In this document: in pieces, positions 21,864 through 33,038 of the stretch
Position numbering within the stretch: the stretch's first letter is position 1
Layout: each line of letters begins with the position of its first letter
Source of the DNA: an uncultured delta proteobacterium
Lineage (GTDB): Bacteria > Myxococcota_A > UBA9160 > UBA4427
Reading direction: 5' to 3'
DNA length: 64,000 bases
NCBI GenBank assembly: GCA_963822965.1
Contig: CAWGJT010000001.1
Location: forward strand, 128,001-192,000
Notes under the pieces: generated by a model
What the model saw: only the letters and a program-made list of their open reading frames with translations
What the model was told of the DNA's origin: nothing
Database searches by the model: none
Made by a program: the position numbers and the translations under genes

Positions 21864-24371
21864 TCAGCCGGCCGGCTTCAGCCGGGAGAGCATCTGCCGC
21901 GCCGACCGCGACCATTCGGGCTCGATCGGCTTGTCGCCTCGGGCCCGAATGGCCGTGAGCCGCTGCTCCAGGTCCGCCAGGGCCACCTCGAGGGTCTCGA
22001 TGGCTTCCTGGGTCTGGTCGTTGGCCGCGTAGGCCTGGGCCAGATGGTGACGGACGACACCGAGATTGGGCGAGTCCGGATCGATCGTCGCCACCGCTTC
22101 CTTCAGATATCCGACGGCAGCGGAAGAGATCCCCCGCTTGTAGAGCACCCAGCCCAGGGTATCCGCTGCGTTGCCGTTGTTCGGCATGGCGGCCTTGGCC
22201 TGCTGGGCGAGATCGAGCGCGCGGTCCAGCTGCTTGCCGGACTCCGCCAGCAGGTAGGCCAGGTTGTTCTTGGACTGCGCGAGGTCCGGGTCGAGCTCGA
22301 TCGCCCGTTCGTACTCCTTGATGGCGTCGTCCACGCGACCACCCACCTCGTAGAGCACGGCGACGAAGTGGTGGAGCTGGGCGTCCTTGGGCCGCTGGAC
22401 GAGCGCCCGCTCGTAGGTCTCGAGGGTCTCGTCGAGACGGCCCGAGGCCTGGTAGAAGGCCGCGAGCTGCTGGTAGGCCGCCATGTTGTTCGGGTCGAGC
22501 TGGGTCGCCTTCTGGAGGCTCTCCTCGGCGAGCGCCAGGTTGCCCGTGGCGATGGCCAGCGCGCCGTTCAGCCGCGCCAGCTCGGCGTTGTCCGGCTCGG
22601 CGGCGACCGCCGCCTCGATCAGCGCCCGGGTCTCGGGCAGGCGATCGGTGCCCCGATCCAGGGCCAGCAGGGTGCCCAGGATCTCGGGCTGGCGCGGGCT
22701 CTTCTGCGCCGCGCGCAGGAGCAGCTTGCGCGCGGCCGCCGGGTCGCTCCGTCCCAGGGCGAGCCGCGCCCGGGCATAGAGGACCTCGGCGTTCCAGTCC
22801 GACTCGGGGATGCGGTCGAGCTCGGCCTGCGCCTCGTCCCGCCGGCCGAGCCGCACGAGGCTCTGGGCCACCAGGATGCGTGTCTTGAGGTCTTCGGGAT
22901 GCTCGGCGAGATAGGCCCGTCCCTGCTCGACCGCGTACTCGTGCTCCCCGAGCGAGGCGTGCAGGCGTGCCAGCATCTTGCGCGCCTCCAGCATTCCGGG
23001 GTCGAGCTCCACCGCCCGCGCCACCTCGGCGCGCGCCTCGGTGAGCTGCCCCTGGAGCATGAGCGCCGAGCCGAGCACGAAGTGCGCCTGGGACCACTCG
23101 GGACGCGAGTCGATGGCCGCGCGCAGGGCCTTCTCCGCCTGGGGGATGTTCTGCTCGGCGAGCTCGAGCTTGCCCCGCACGAAGAGCGCTTCCGGATCCG
23201 TCGGCTCCGCCTCGAGAATGGCGTCCACGATGCCCCGGGCCTCGGCGACCCGCTCGGGGTCCTTTCCGCGATAGCCGAGGTCCACCAGCAGCTCCGCCTT
23301 GCGAAGCCGCGCCTTGGTGTCGTCGGGGGCGATCGCCAGCGCGGCCTCGGCCGCCGCCAGGGCGCCGTCCAGGTCTCCCTGGCGGCTGCGATAGGCGGAG
23401 AGGATCAGCTGGGGCTTGGGATCGTCGGGGGCCGCGGTCGTGGCGGACTCGATCAAGCGGTCGGCGCCCTCGAGGTTGCCCTGGGCCCGGTAATAGCGCG
23501 CCAGCAGGTAGATCAGGTCGAGCTTGTCGGCGGCGTCCCCGGGCGGCCCGGCGATGGTCTTCTCGAGCAGCGCGACGGAATCCTTGGGGCGGCCGAGCAC
23601 GTAGTAGTAGGTCGCCAGGTTCTGGACGGCGGCGTTGCGGTCCTTCGCCTCGGCGGTCTCGATGGCCTGCTGGAAGGCGTGCAGCGCGTCGTCCACGCGC
23701 TTCGGGTCCTCGGCGAGAAAGCGCGCCAGCGACGTGTAGGACAGGAAGCTCGGCTCGCGCTGCACGAATTCCTGCAGCAGGGGCTCGGCCTGCTCGCGGT
23801 CCCTCTGGCGCGCGTAGTAGCCCGCCGTGACGAGGAGATAGGAACCCTCGTCGGGATCCTTCTCGATCGCCATGCGGTACTGCGGCTCCGCCTCCTCGAC
23901 CCGGCCGAGACGCTCGAGGGCCTGGCCGGAGAGGACGTACGCGCTCGCCCGGTCGGGGTCGAGCTCGATGCACCGCTGGGCCTGCTCGAGAGCCTCGTCG
24001 AAGTTCTTGGTGAGCAGGCTGAGACCACCCAGGGTGAGCCGGGCGTCGACGTTCGAGCCGTCGAGACGCACGGTCTCCGAGAGCTCCCAATACGCCTCCT
24101 TGCCCCGCTTGAGGTCGAGGTAGGCCTTCGCGAGTGCGTAGTGGGCGTCCGCGTCGTTGGGATCGATCTGCAGCGCGTTCCGGTACTCGATCACGGCCTC
24201 TTCGAGCGCGCCCTCCGAGACGTAGGCGTCGCCGTTCTTCATGAACGCGGCGAGCTTCTCGTCGTCGCTCTTGCAGGCGGGGAACGCCGCCGCGACACAC
24301 AGCAGCACGAGCAGCGAGGAAATCGCCGAGCGGCGGCCGGTGGCGAGCGCATGCGGAAGCGGGAAGCGCAT
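21864..24371 (-). CDS. Multi-TPR lipoprotein (PrsT-like, PEP-CTERM/exosortase-locus associated)
   Basis: Lipobox-like AAFPAC; EAVIEYRNALQIDPNDADAHYALAKAY; many TPRs; C-terminal NNLAYLLAE...ADTLGWVLYKRG...HHLAQAY. Confidence 0.8.
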   Translation of the reverse strand: MRFPLPHALATGRRSAISSLLVLLCVAAAFPACKSDDEKLAAFMKNGDAYVSEGALEEAVIEYRNALQIDPNDADAHYALAKAYLDLKRGKEAYWELSETVRLDGSNVDARLTLGGLSLLTKNFDEALEQAQRCIELDPDRASAYVLSGQALERLGRVEEAEPQYRMAIEKDPDEGSYLLVTAGYYARQRDREQAEPLLQEFVQREPSFLSYTSLARFLAEDPKRVDDALHAFQQAIETAEAKDRNAAVQNLATYYYVLGRPKDSVALLEKTIAGPPGDAADKLDLIYLLARYYRAQGNLEGADRLIESATTAAPDDPKPQLILSAYRSRQGDLDGALAAAEAALAIAPDDTKARLRKAELLVDLGYRGKDPERVAEARGIVDAILEAEPTDPEALFVRGKLELAEQNIPQAEKALRAAIDSRPEWSQAHFVLGSALMLQGQLTEARAEVARAVELDPGMLEARKMLARLHASLGEHEYAVEQGRAYLAEHPEDLKTRILVAQSLVRLGRRDEAQAELDRIPESDWNAEVLYARARLALGRSDPAAARKLLLRAAQKSPRQPEILGTLLALDRGTDRLPETRALIEAAVAAEPDNAELARLNGALAIATGNLALAEESLQKATQLDPNNMAAYQQLAAFYQASGRLDETLETYERALVQRPKDAQLHHFVAVLYEVGGRVDDAIKEYERAIELDPDLAQSKNNLAYLLAESGKQLDRALDLAQQAKAAMPNNGNAADTLGWVLYKRGISSAAVGYLKEAVATIDPDSPNLGVVRHHLAQAYAANDQTQEAIETLEVALADLEQRLTAIRARGDKPIEPEWSRSARQMLSRLKPAG

Positions 24372-24452
24372 GATGCGAGAACCTCTGGGCGATCGGCGAT
24401 CTGCCGGCGGGGCCTGGATGGGCCCGCCGTGAGCCGGGTTGCGGGAACGCGA

Positions 24453-25676
<1,224 letters not shown>

Positions 25677-25717
25677 GGGAGGAGATGCCGGAAGCCGAAG
25701 GGCGCTACGGCGCGCGT

Positions 25718-26383
25718 TCAGGGCACGAGGTAGCGCTTGCCGCGCTGCTGGAGCCAGCCGCTCTCCTTCAGCTCCTTGACGGCCCGCGTCACGGTCTCGC
25801 GCGAGGTGCCGATCATGTCCGCGATCTGCTGGTGGGTGAGCGCGGGTGTGATGCGTCGGTTCTCGGTACCCGAGTCGTTCCGCGCGATGCGTGCCAGCAG
25901 GCCCTTGGCCCGGTCCTTGACGCGCTGGAACGAGACCGACGTGGCCTGCTCGTCGGTCTCGCGCAGGCGCCGGGTGAGCTCCTGGATGAGCGAGAGCGCG
26001 AGATCCGGGCTGTTGCGAAGCAGCGCCAGGAAGTCGCGGCGCGAGAGCGCCGCCAGCACCGAAGGCTCGAGGGTCCGCACACTCGCCGAGCGGGGCGAGT
26101 GGTCGAGCAGGGCCATCTCGCCGAAGAAGGCTCCGGCCTCGAAGAAGTCCAGGATCTTCTCGCGCCCGTCGTCGGACAGCTTGGTGACCTTCACGCGGCC
26201 GCTTCGGATCACGTACATGTAGTCGCCGGTGAGCCCCTCCTCGACGATGATCGAGTTCTTCGGGTAGCGGCGCTCGATCAGCAGCGCGGCGATGTTCTCG
26301 AGATCGGTCTCGCCTACCCGGGAGAAGAGCGGAACCACCCGCAAGGAATCCAGCACGTCGGCACTCACTCCGGATTCGGCCAT
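25718..26383 (-). CDS. Crp/Fnr family cyclic-nucleotide-binding transcriptional regulator
   Basis: FFGEMALLDHSPRSASV cNMP motif; LTHQQIADMIGTSRETVTR HTH. Confidence 0.92.
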   Translation of the reverse strand: MAESGVSADVLDSLRVVPLFSRVGETDLENIAALLIERRYPKNSIIVEEGLTGDYMYVIRSGRVKVTKLSDDGREKILDFFEAGAFFGEMALLDHSPRSASVRTLEPSVLAALSRRDFLALLRNSPDLALSLIQELTRRLRETDEQATSVSFQRVKDRAKGLLARIARNDSGTENRRITPALTHQQIADMIGTSRETVTRAVKELKESGWLQQRGKRYLVP

Positions 26384-26431
26384 TTCCCCATCACCCCCCG
26401 TCTTCAGTGGTTCCGTTCGCGCAGGCCCGGC

Positions 26432-27580
26432 TCAAGTGAGCTCGTGGCGGCCGACCTGCCGCAGCCTGGCTACCAGTGCCCGAACGTCCGAACCCGCGTC
26501 CAGCTTGGTGACCAGGATCACATCCCCTGTATCGACCACGACGAGATCTTCTACACCCAGCAGGACGGCCAGCCGGCCATTCGACCAGACGAGGTTGTTC
26601 CGGGCGTCCTCCAGGATCGCCTGCCCCCCGAGGACGCGGTTTCCCGCTGCCTCGCTCGGGGAGCCCCGCCCGGGGCGTCCCACCCCCAGCTCCTGCGCCA
26701 GGGAGGCCCAGGTGCCCACGTCGCTCCACCGGAAGGAGACCGGCAGGGTCCACACCCGGTCGCTGCGCTCCAGCACCGCCACGTCGATGGGCAGGGAGGG
26801 TGCGCGGCGGTAGGCGCTCTCGACGGCCACCCGGCTGTTCGGACGCGGACGCCGATCGCCCGCGGCGCGGCCACCGGGGGCGCGCCCGGGGCGCAGCGGT
26901 GCCAACGCGCGGTGCAGCTCCGGCGCGTGGCGCTCGATCTCCACGAGCAGCACGTCCGCCCTCCACAGGAAGATGCCCGAGTTCCAGCGATAGTCGCCTC
27001 GACGCAGGTAGCGTCTCGCGGTGGCCAGCGGCGGCTTCTCGACGAAGCGCCGCACCACCTGCAGGCGCGGGAAGCCTGGAGCGGGCTTCCCGCTCTGGAT
27101 GTAGCCGTAGCCCGTCTCGGGCCGCGTCGGCTCGACGCCGAGGGTCACGAGCACCTCCGCCTCCGCCGCCGCTCGGGCCGCGAGGCGCACGTCCTTCACG
27201 AAGGCGCGCAGGTCCGACACGTGGTGGTCGGCGGGAAACACCGCCATCACGGCGTCCGGGTCGACGGCGTGGATGCGATGCGCCGCCCAGGCCACGGCCA
27301 TGGCGGTATTGCGACGTCGCGGCTCGACGAGCACGCGTGCCGCCGGCAGCCCCGTCTCCCGACGCGTGGCAGCGGCCTGCTCCGCGCCGCACACGATCCA
27401 GATCCGGTCGTCCCGCGCGACGCGACGAGCCCGGTCGAGGGTGGCGTCGAGCAGGGTCCGATCGCCCAGCACGCGCAGGAAGTGCTTCGGGCGCGCGCGC
27501 CGGGAGGCGGGCCAGAACCGCTCGCCGGCTCCCCCCGCCAGGATCACCGCGTGAACGGGCGGGGCCCCCTTCCGCGTCAC
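26432..27580 (-). CDS. manC: Mannose-1-phosphate guanylyltransferase
   Basis: VILAGGAGERFWPASR..RPKHF, EPRRRNTA, PADH, PETGYGYI, FVEKP, WNSGIF, WSDVG. Confidence 0.9.
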   Translation of the reverse strand: MTRKGAPPVHAVILAGGAGERFWPASRRARPKHFLRVLGDRTLLDATLDRARRVARDDRIWIVCGAEQAAATRRETGLPAARVLVEPRRRNTAMAVAWAAHRIHAVDPDAVMAVFPADHHVSDLRAFVKDVRLAARAAAEAEVLVTLGVEPTRPETGYGYIQSGKPAPGFPRLQVVRRFVEKPPLATARRYLRRGDYRWNSGIFLWRADVLLVEIERHAPELHRALAPLRPGRAPGGRAAGDRRPRPNSRVAVESAYRRAPSLPIDVAVLERSDRVWTLPVSFRWSDVGTWASLAQELGVGRPGRGSPSEAAGNRVLGGQAILEDARNNLVWSNGRLAVLLGVEDLVVVDTGDVILVTKLDAGSDVRALVARLRQVGRHELT

Positions 27581-27670
27581 GCGTCCCCCGGTCGCGGCAC
27601 GCTCAAGGCGCACTGCCGGCGCGCACCGGCGGCCGGCGCCGACGGAACCGCGAAACGACACGGGCCGCCA

Positions 27671-28987
27671 TCAGCGACCGACGCTGACATAGTGGAAGCC
27701 GGCGGCCTGCATGCTCTTCGGATCGTAGATGTTCCGCAGGTCGATCAGGATCGGCTCCGTGAGCAGCTCCTTGATCCGGTTCAGGTCCAGCATCCGGAAC
27801 TCGTTCCACTCGGTCACGATCACCAGCGCGTCGGCACCGTCGCAGACCTCGTAGGCGTCCTTGCAGAGGGTCAGCTCGGGGATGCGGACGCTGACCTCCT
27901 TCATCGCAGCGGGGTCGTAGGCGCGCACCTGACCGCCCCGCTCGAGGAGCCCCCGCACGATGTCCACCGCCGGCGCGTCCCGGATGTCGTCGGTCTCCGG
28001 CTTGAACGAGAGCCCGAGGATGCCCACCTGCTTGCCCGCCAGGTCGCCCGACAGGGCGTTCGCGATCTTGTCGAGCATGCGAGCCCGTTGGCGCGCGTTC
28101 GCCTCGATGGTGGCCTCGACGATGCGGAAGTCGAGACCGAGCTCCCGCGCGAAGAAGGCGGCCGACAGGGTGTCCTTGGGAAAGCAGGAGCCGCCGTAGC
28201 CCGGCCCCGCGTGCAGGAACTTCGGGCCGATGCGCCGGTCGAGCCCCATGGCGCGGGCCACGTGCTGCACGTTCCCGCCGATCTTCTCGCACACGCTCGA
28301 GATCTCGTTGATGAAGGAGATCTTGGTGGCGAGGAAGGCGTTGGCGGCGTACTTGGAGAGCTCGGCGGTGGGCACGTTGGTGAGCACGAAGGGGGTCTCG
28401 TTCAGGAAGAGCGGACGGTAGAGATCCTTCACGATGGCGAGCGCCTGCTCGTCCCCCGGCTCGGTGCCGATCACGACGCGGTCGGGGCGCATGAAGTCAC
28501 CGATGGCCGCGCCCTCGCGCAGGAACTCCGGATTCGAGGCCATGCTGAAGCGAAAGTCCTTGCCGGCCGCGTCGAGCTCCTCCTGGATCCAGTTGCGCAC
28601 CTTGAGCGAGGTCCCCACCGGCACCGTGCTCTTCGTGACGACCACCTTGTAGCCTTCCATGTTGCGGCCGATCTCCCGGGCGACCGTCTCGACGAAGCGC
28701 AGGTCCGTGCTGCCGTCCTCCGCCGCCGGCGTGCCCACGGCGATGAAGACGACCAGCGCGGACTGGATCGTTTCCGCGGTGTCGGAGGTGAAGGCGAGCC
28801 GCCCGGCCTTCACGTTGCGCGCCACGAGCTCCTCGAGCCCGGGCTCGTAGATGGGCATCTCGCCGCGGCGCAGGGACGCCACCTTCTGCTCGTCGTTGTC
28901 GAGACACACGACGTTCACGCCGAACTCGGAGAAGCAGGCTCCGGTCACCAGACCGACGTAGCCGGTCCCGATCACTGTACAGTTCAC
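27671..28987 (-). CDS. ugd: UDP-glucose/GDP-mannose 6-dehydrogenase
   Basis: VIGTGYVGL, KSTVPVGT, SNPEFLREG, GYGGSCFPKD, GLSFKPETDDIRD. Confidence 0.93.
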   Translation of the reverse strand: MNCTVIGTGYVGLVTGACFSEFGVNVVCLDNDEQKVASLRRGEMPIYEPGLEELVARNVKAGRLAFTSDTAETIQSALVVFIAVGTPAAEDGSTDLRFVETVAREIGRNMEGYKVVVTKSTVPVGTSLKVRNWIQEELDAAGKDFRFSMASNPEFLREGAAIGDFMRPDRVVIGTEPGDEQALAIVKDLYRPLFLNETPFVLTNVPTAELSKYAANAFLATKISFINEISSVCEKIGGNVQHVARAMGLDRRIGPKFLHAGPGYGGSCFPKDTLSAAFFARELGLDFRIVEATIEANARQRARMLDKIANALSGDLAGKQVGILGLSFKPETDDIRDAPAVDIVRGLLERGGQVRAYDPAAMKEVSVRIPELTLCKDAYEVCDGADALVIVTEWNEFRMLDLNRIKELLTEPILIDLRNIYDPKSMQAAGFHYVSVGR

Positions 28988-30009
28988 TGGGAAACCTCCC
29001 GTATCTCCTGCCCGCGGCGACGGGCCTTCCCCGGACCGTCGCTCGCAGCCGTCATCCATCCCACCATGCCGCGGAGGCCCGCGACCAGGTCCACCCGCGG
29101 CTCGAAACCCAACTCCTCGCTCGCGGCCTCGACCCCGGCCCAGCTCCGGCGAACGTCTCCCACCCGAGCCGGCTCGTGCACGATGCGCGGCTCGCGCTCG
29201 AGCACCTCTGCGACCCGTGACGCCAGATCGACCACCCGGGTCCCGCGCCCGCTCGCCACGTTGAAGCAGCAGCCCGAGGCGCTCGGCGCATCCGCCGCCA
29301 GGCGGTTGGCCCGCGCCACGTCGGAGACGTGGATGAAATCCCGGGTCTGCGCGCCGTCCCCGTGGATCCGGATCGGCGCCCCCCGGCGTGCCGCGTCCAG
29401 GAAGCGCGGGATCACCGCGGCGTAGTCGCCGTTCGGGTCCTGACGCTCGCCGTACACGTTGAAGTAGCGCAGGGCGACGGTTTCCACGCCGTGGACGGTC
29501 GCGTAGAGACGCGCGTAGTGCTCGGCCGCGAGCTTCTGCACCCCGTAGGGCGAGATCGGGCGGGTGGTGTCGTGCTCGCCCAGGGGCGGCGCGTTCCCGT
29601 CGCCGTACACGGCGGACGAGCTCGCCAGCACGACGCGCCGGCAACCCTGGCGACGTGCCGCCTCCAGCACGGCGAGGCTGCCGCCGAGGTTCACCTCGTG
29701 GGTGTGGACGGGCTCGCTCAGGCTTCGGGGGACCGACGCGATCGCGGCCTGGTGGAAGACGACCTCGACGCCGTCCGTCGCCGCAGCGAGGGCCTGCTCG
29801 TCGCGGACGTCGGCTCGCAGGATTTCGATCCGGTCGCGAACCGCGGCGAGGTGGGATTCCCGCCCGGTGGAGAAGTCGTCGAGTACGCGCACCCGCCAGC
29901 CCTCGCGCAGGAGCTCATCGACCACGTGGCTTCCCACGAAGCCCGCCCCGCCGGTCACCAGCGCGCGGCGGGCCGCCCCACCGACGACGACTCCCGTTCC
30001 GCCGGCCAC
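28984..30009 (-). CDS. NAD-dependent epimerase/dehydratase (UDP-hexose/HexNAc 4-epimerase-like)
   Basis: LVTGGAGFVGSH, ASSSAVYG, SPYGVQK, LRYFNVYG, GDGAQTRDF. Confidence 0.9.
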   Translation of the reverse strand: MAGGTGVVVGGAARRALVTGGAGFVGSHVVDELLREGWRVRVLDDFSTGRESHLAAVRDRIEILRADVRDEQALAAATDGVEVVFHQAAIASVPRSLSEPVHTHEVNLGGSLAVLEAARRQGCRRVVLASSSAVYGDGNAPPLGEHDTTRPISPYGVQKLAAEHYARLYATVHGVETVALRYFNVYGERQDPNGDYAAVIPRFLDAARRGAPIRIHGDGAQTRDFIHVSDVARANRLAADAPSASGCCFNVASGRGTRVVDLASRVAEVLEREPRIVHEPARVGDVRRSWAGVEAASEELGFEPRVDLVAGLRGMVGWMTAASDGPGKARRRGQEIREVSQ

Positions 30010-30010
30010 T

Positions 30011-30970
30011 TCAGCCCTTCCCGTCGAGCCAGGCCACGAAGCGCTCGAGGCCTTCCTCGAAGCCGACCCGCGGCGCGTAGCCCAGGGCCTTCCGGGCCGC
30101 CGTGATGTCCGCCAGGGTGCGGGGGACGTCGCCCGTCACCGGGGGTTGGAAGTCCTTGCGGGCCTTCGTGCCGAGCGCGCGCTCGAGCAGCTCGATCATC
30201 TCCAGCAGCTGGATCGCGCGACCGGCACCGAAGTTGAGGATCGCGTAGCCGAGGGGCGTATCGACGGCGCGAACGAGACCGTCCGCCACGTCTCCCACGA
30301 AGGTGAAGTCGCGCAGGACCGAACCGTCGCCGTAGATCGGGATGGGATCGCCCCGGCGCATGCACTCCGCGAAGTGCCGGATCGACAGGTCGGGACGCTG
30401 CCGCGGTCCGTAGGCGGTGAAGAAGCGCACGCAGGTGACGTGGAGCCCGTGGGCGCTGTGGAAGGTGTGGGCGATCAGCTCCCCGGCCTTCTTGGTCGCC
30501 GCGTAGGGGGAGATGGGACGGTCGACCCGGTCCGTCTCCAGGAAGGGCCCGCTCTCGCGCTCCCCGTAGACGGAAGACGAGGAGGCGAAGACGAAGCGCG
30601 GCACGCCGTGCCGCACGGCTGCCTCGAGCAGCACGGTGGTGCCGTTCACGTTGACGTCCGCGTAGGCGGCAGGCCGTTCCAGGCTGGGCCGCACGCCCGC
30701 CAGGGCCGCGAGGTGCACGATGCAGTCGAAGCGGGTCTCCCCGAGCACCCGGGCCAGGGCCGCCGCGTCGCGCACGTCCCCGCGCACCAGTCGGAAGCCG
30801 GGTCGAGCGAGCGCCCCTTCGAGGTTGCGGAGCTTCTCGTGCTCGGGATAGAAGGGATCGAAGGAGTCGAAGCCCGTCACCTGCCGTCCGTCGGCAAGCA
30901 GCAGGTCGACGAGGGTGGATCCGATGAAGCCCGCCGCGCCCGTCACGAGAACCGATTCGGCGCGACTCAA
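30011..30970 (-). CDS. NAD-dependent epimerase (UDP-glucuronate 4-epimerase-like)
   Basis: LVTGAAGFIGS, HLAALAGVRPS, SPYAATKKAGE, RFFTAYGPRQRPD; TTG start overlapping the upstream stop. Confidence 0.88.
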   Translation of the reverse strand: MSRAESVLVTGAAGFIGSTLVDLLLADGRQVTGFDSFDPFYPEHEKLRNLEGALARPGFRLVRGDVRDAAALARVLGETRFDCIVHLAALAGVRPSLERPAAYADVNVNGTTVLLEAAVRHGVPRFVFASSSSVYGERESGPFLETDRVDRPISPYAATKKAGELIAHTFHSAHGLHVTCVRFFTAYGPRQRPDLSIRHFAECMRRGDPIPIYGDGSVLRDFTFVGDVADGLVRAVDTPLGYAILNFGAGRAIQLLEMIELLERALGTKARKDFQPPVTGDVPRTLADITAARKALGYAPRVGFEEGLERFVAWLDGKG

Positions 30971-32082
30971 TGTCCTTCTCCCTGGGCCGGCTTCGCGTGC
31001 GTCCCGTGCGGCTCGGATTCCTCCTCGGCGTTGCCCTCGTGTGCGTGCAGGAGGCCGAGGTTCCGGAGCAGGCGGAAGGTCAGCAGGATCACCGCGACGA
31101 GCAGCGCCAGGGCCCAGTAGCCCGAAACCGAGCGAAAGGCGACCGCGATGATGCAGAAGCAGCTGGTCAGGAAGTAGAGCGAGAGCACGGCCTCCCGCTG
31201 GCTTCCCCCGGACACCTCCAGCAGGTGATGGTGCATGTGCATGCGGTCGGCACCCATGATGCGCCGGCGGTTGCGGAAACGCCGGACCACGGAGAGCGCG
31301 GTGTCGAGGAAGGGCACCGCCAGCGCCATGAGCGGGACGATGAAGGTGAGTAGCGCCGTCTTGCGGTAGCCGGAGAGCCCGACGACGGCGATCGCGTACC
31401 CGATGAAGTAGGCGCCGGCGTCGCCCAGGAAGATACGCGCCGGGGGGAAGTTGAAGGGCAGGAATCCGAGCTGGGCGCCCACCAGGGAGACTCCGATGAC
31501 CACGCCCAGGTACTGGCCGGACCCCCAGCAGATGATCGTGAGCGTCGTGACGATGATGGTCCCGAGCCCGGTCGCGAGCCCGTCCAGTCCGTCCATCAGG
31601 TTCATGGCGTTGGTGACGGCCACGATCCACAGCACGGTCGCGGCGAAGGCCAGCCAGAGGGGCAGCTCGAAGGTCATGCGCGAGATCGGCTCGGTGAGGA
31701 AGTCCAGCCGGAACCCGACCCCGAAGGCGATCGACGCCGCGACGATCTGGAAGACCAGCTTCACCCGGGCTTCGAGGCCGAAGCGATCGTCCCAGGCCCC
31801 CAGAGCGAGGAGCAACACGCCGCCGACGAAGAAGCCGCCCAGGCGGAGCAGATCCTCCGGGCTCGTCCGGCCCAGCCAGGCGAAGGCGCTCAGCCCGACC
31901 GCGCACCCGACGACCACCGCCACGCCGCCGAGGAGGGGGATGTTGGGGCGCTTGTTCACCTTGCGCGCGGAAGGCCGGTCGACGACGTCGAGCGCGAGCG
32001 CAATGCGAGCCACGAGCGGCGTCGAGAGCGCAGACGCCCCGGCCGCCAACATCAGCGGAATCACGATCTCGAGCGCTTCCAA
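30967..32082 (-). CDS. Undecaprenyl-phosphate HexNAc-1-phosphate transferase (WecA/TagO/MraY family)
   Basis: PLLGG, GAWDD, NAMNLMDGLDGLA, FNFPPARIFLGDAG, DRMHMHH; multi-TM; TTG after GAGGAAGG. Confidence 0.9.
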   Translation of the reverse strand: MEALEIVIPLMLAAGASALSTPLVARIALALDVVDRPSARKVNKRPNIPLLGGVAVVVGCAVGLSAFAWLGRTSPEDLLRLGGFFVGGVLLLALGAWDDRFGLEARVKLVFQIVAASIAFGVGFRLDFLTEPISRMTFELPLWLAFAATVLWIVAVTNAMNLMDGLDGLATGLGTIIVTTLTIICWGSGQYLGVVIGVSLVGAQLGFLPFNFPPARIFLGDAGAYFIGYAIAVVGLSGYRKTALLTFIVPLMALAVPFLDTALSVVRRFRNRRRIMGADRMHMHHHLLEVSGGSQREAVLSLYFLTSCFCIIAVAFRSVSGYWALALLVAVILLTFRLLRNLGLLHAHEGNAEEESEPHGTHAKPAQGEGH

Positions 32083-32150
32083 GCCTTCCTCACGGTTCAG
32101 ACGGAGCGACCCCGGCCCGGAACGGGACGGGGTCGGGGGAACAGGATCGA

Positions 32151-33002
32151 TCAATAGTACGCGTAACGCTCGTGACCCATCTCGGCGCCGTTCAGCACGA
32201 GCCCGACGGCTCGGCGCCGGTCGAGCACCTCCAGGGCCGCCTCCACGTCCTCGCGCGCCGTCTCGCCCGCGCGCACGACCATCAGGAAGCCGTCGCAGAG
32301 CCCCACGACGATCTTCGAGTCGGGCAGCCCCAGGGTCGCCGGGGTGTCGAGGATGATCCAGTCGTAGCGCGGGGAGACGTCCTCGAGGAGCCTGCGCATC
32401 TCCTGGGAGGCGAGCAGCTCGGAGGGGTTCTGCGGCTGCATGCGGACCCCGAGCAGGTCGAGGTGGGTGCCTTCCACCTTCACGATCGCCTCGGCCGGCG
32501 TGCACCGCCCCATCAACACCTCCGCCAGCCCCTGTTCGGGCTCCACACCGAGGGAGCGGTGGATGGTCGGCCGGCGCATGTCGCAATCGATCAACAGGAC
32601 CCGCCGCCCCACGCTCAGTGCGGTCACGATGGCCAGGTTCACCGAGACGTTGCTCTTGCCTTCGCCTGCGTTCGCGCTCGCCACGGCGATCGTGCGCAGA
32701 GGCGTCTCGGCGGCCAGCGAGTCCAATCGGCTGCGCAGCATGCGGAACTGCTCCGCGATGAACGAGTCAGGCTCGAGCAACGCGATACGGCGCTTGTTGG
32801 CCTCGGCGCTGGCCGTCGATCGCGACAGGCGCTTCTCGGCCGAGGTCCGGCGGCGAAGGAGATTCGCAATCCGCCCCTTCGGCCGAGGCGCCGTCTGCGG
32901 CGTCGGATCCCAGTCGACGGCCGGGATGGACGCACCGCCGCCCGCGACCCTCCGCTTGCGCTCTTCCTCGGCACGTCTGAGTGCTTCGTACACCTTCGCC
33001 AT
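32151..33002 (-). CDS. CpsD/CapB family bacterial tyrosine kinase (stand-alone Wzc kinase domain)
   Basis: AEQFRMLRS, ASANAGEGKS (Walker A), LLIDCDMRRP, NPSELL, IILDTP, C-terminal YAYY. Confidence 0.9.
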   Translation of the reverse strand: MAKVYEALRRAEEERKRRVAGGGASIPAVDWDPTPQTAPRPKGRIANLLRRRTSAEKRLSRSTASAEANKRRIALLEPDSFIAEQFRMLRSRLDSLAAETPLRTIAVASANAGEGKSNVSVNLAIVTALSVGRRVLLIDCDMRRPTIHRSLGVEPEQGLAEVLMGRCTPAEAIVKVEGTHLDLLGVRMQPQNPSELLASQEMRRLLEDVSPRYDWIILDTPATLGLPDSKIVVGLCDGFLMVVRAGETAREDVEAALEVLDRRRAVGLVLNGAEMGHERYAYY

Positions 33003-33038
33003 GAGTACTCCCCCGACCCCTTCAGCCTGACTACCCGC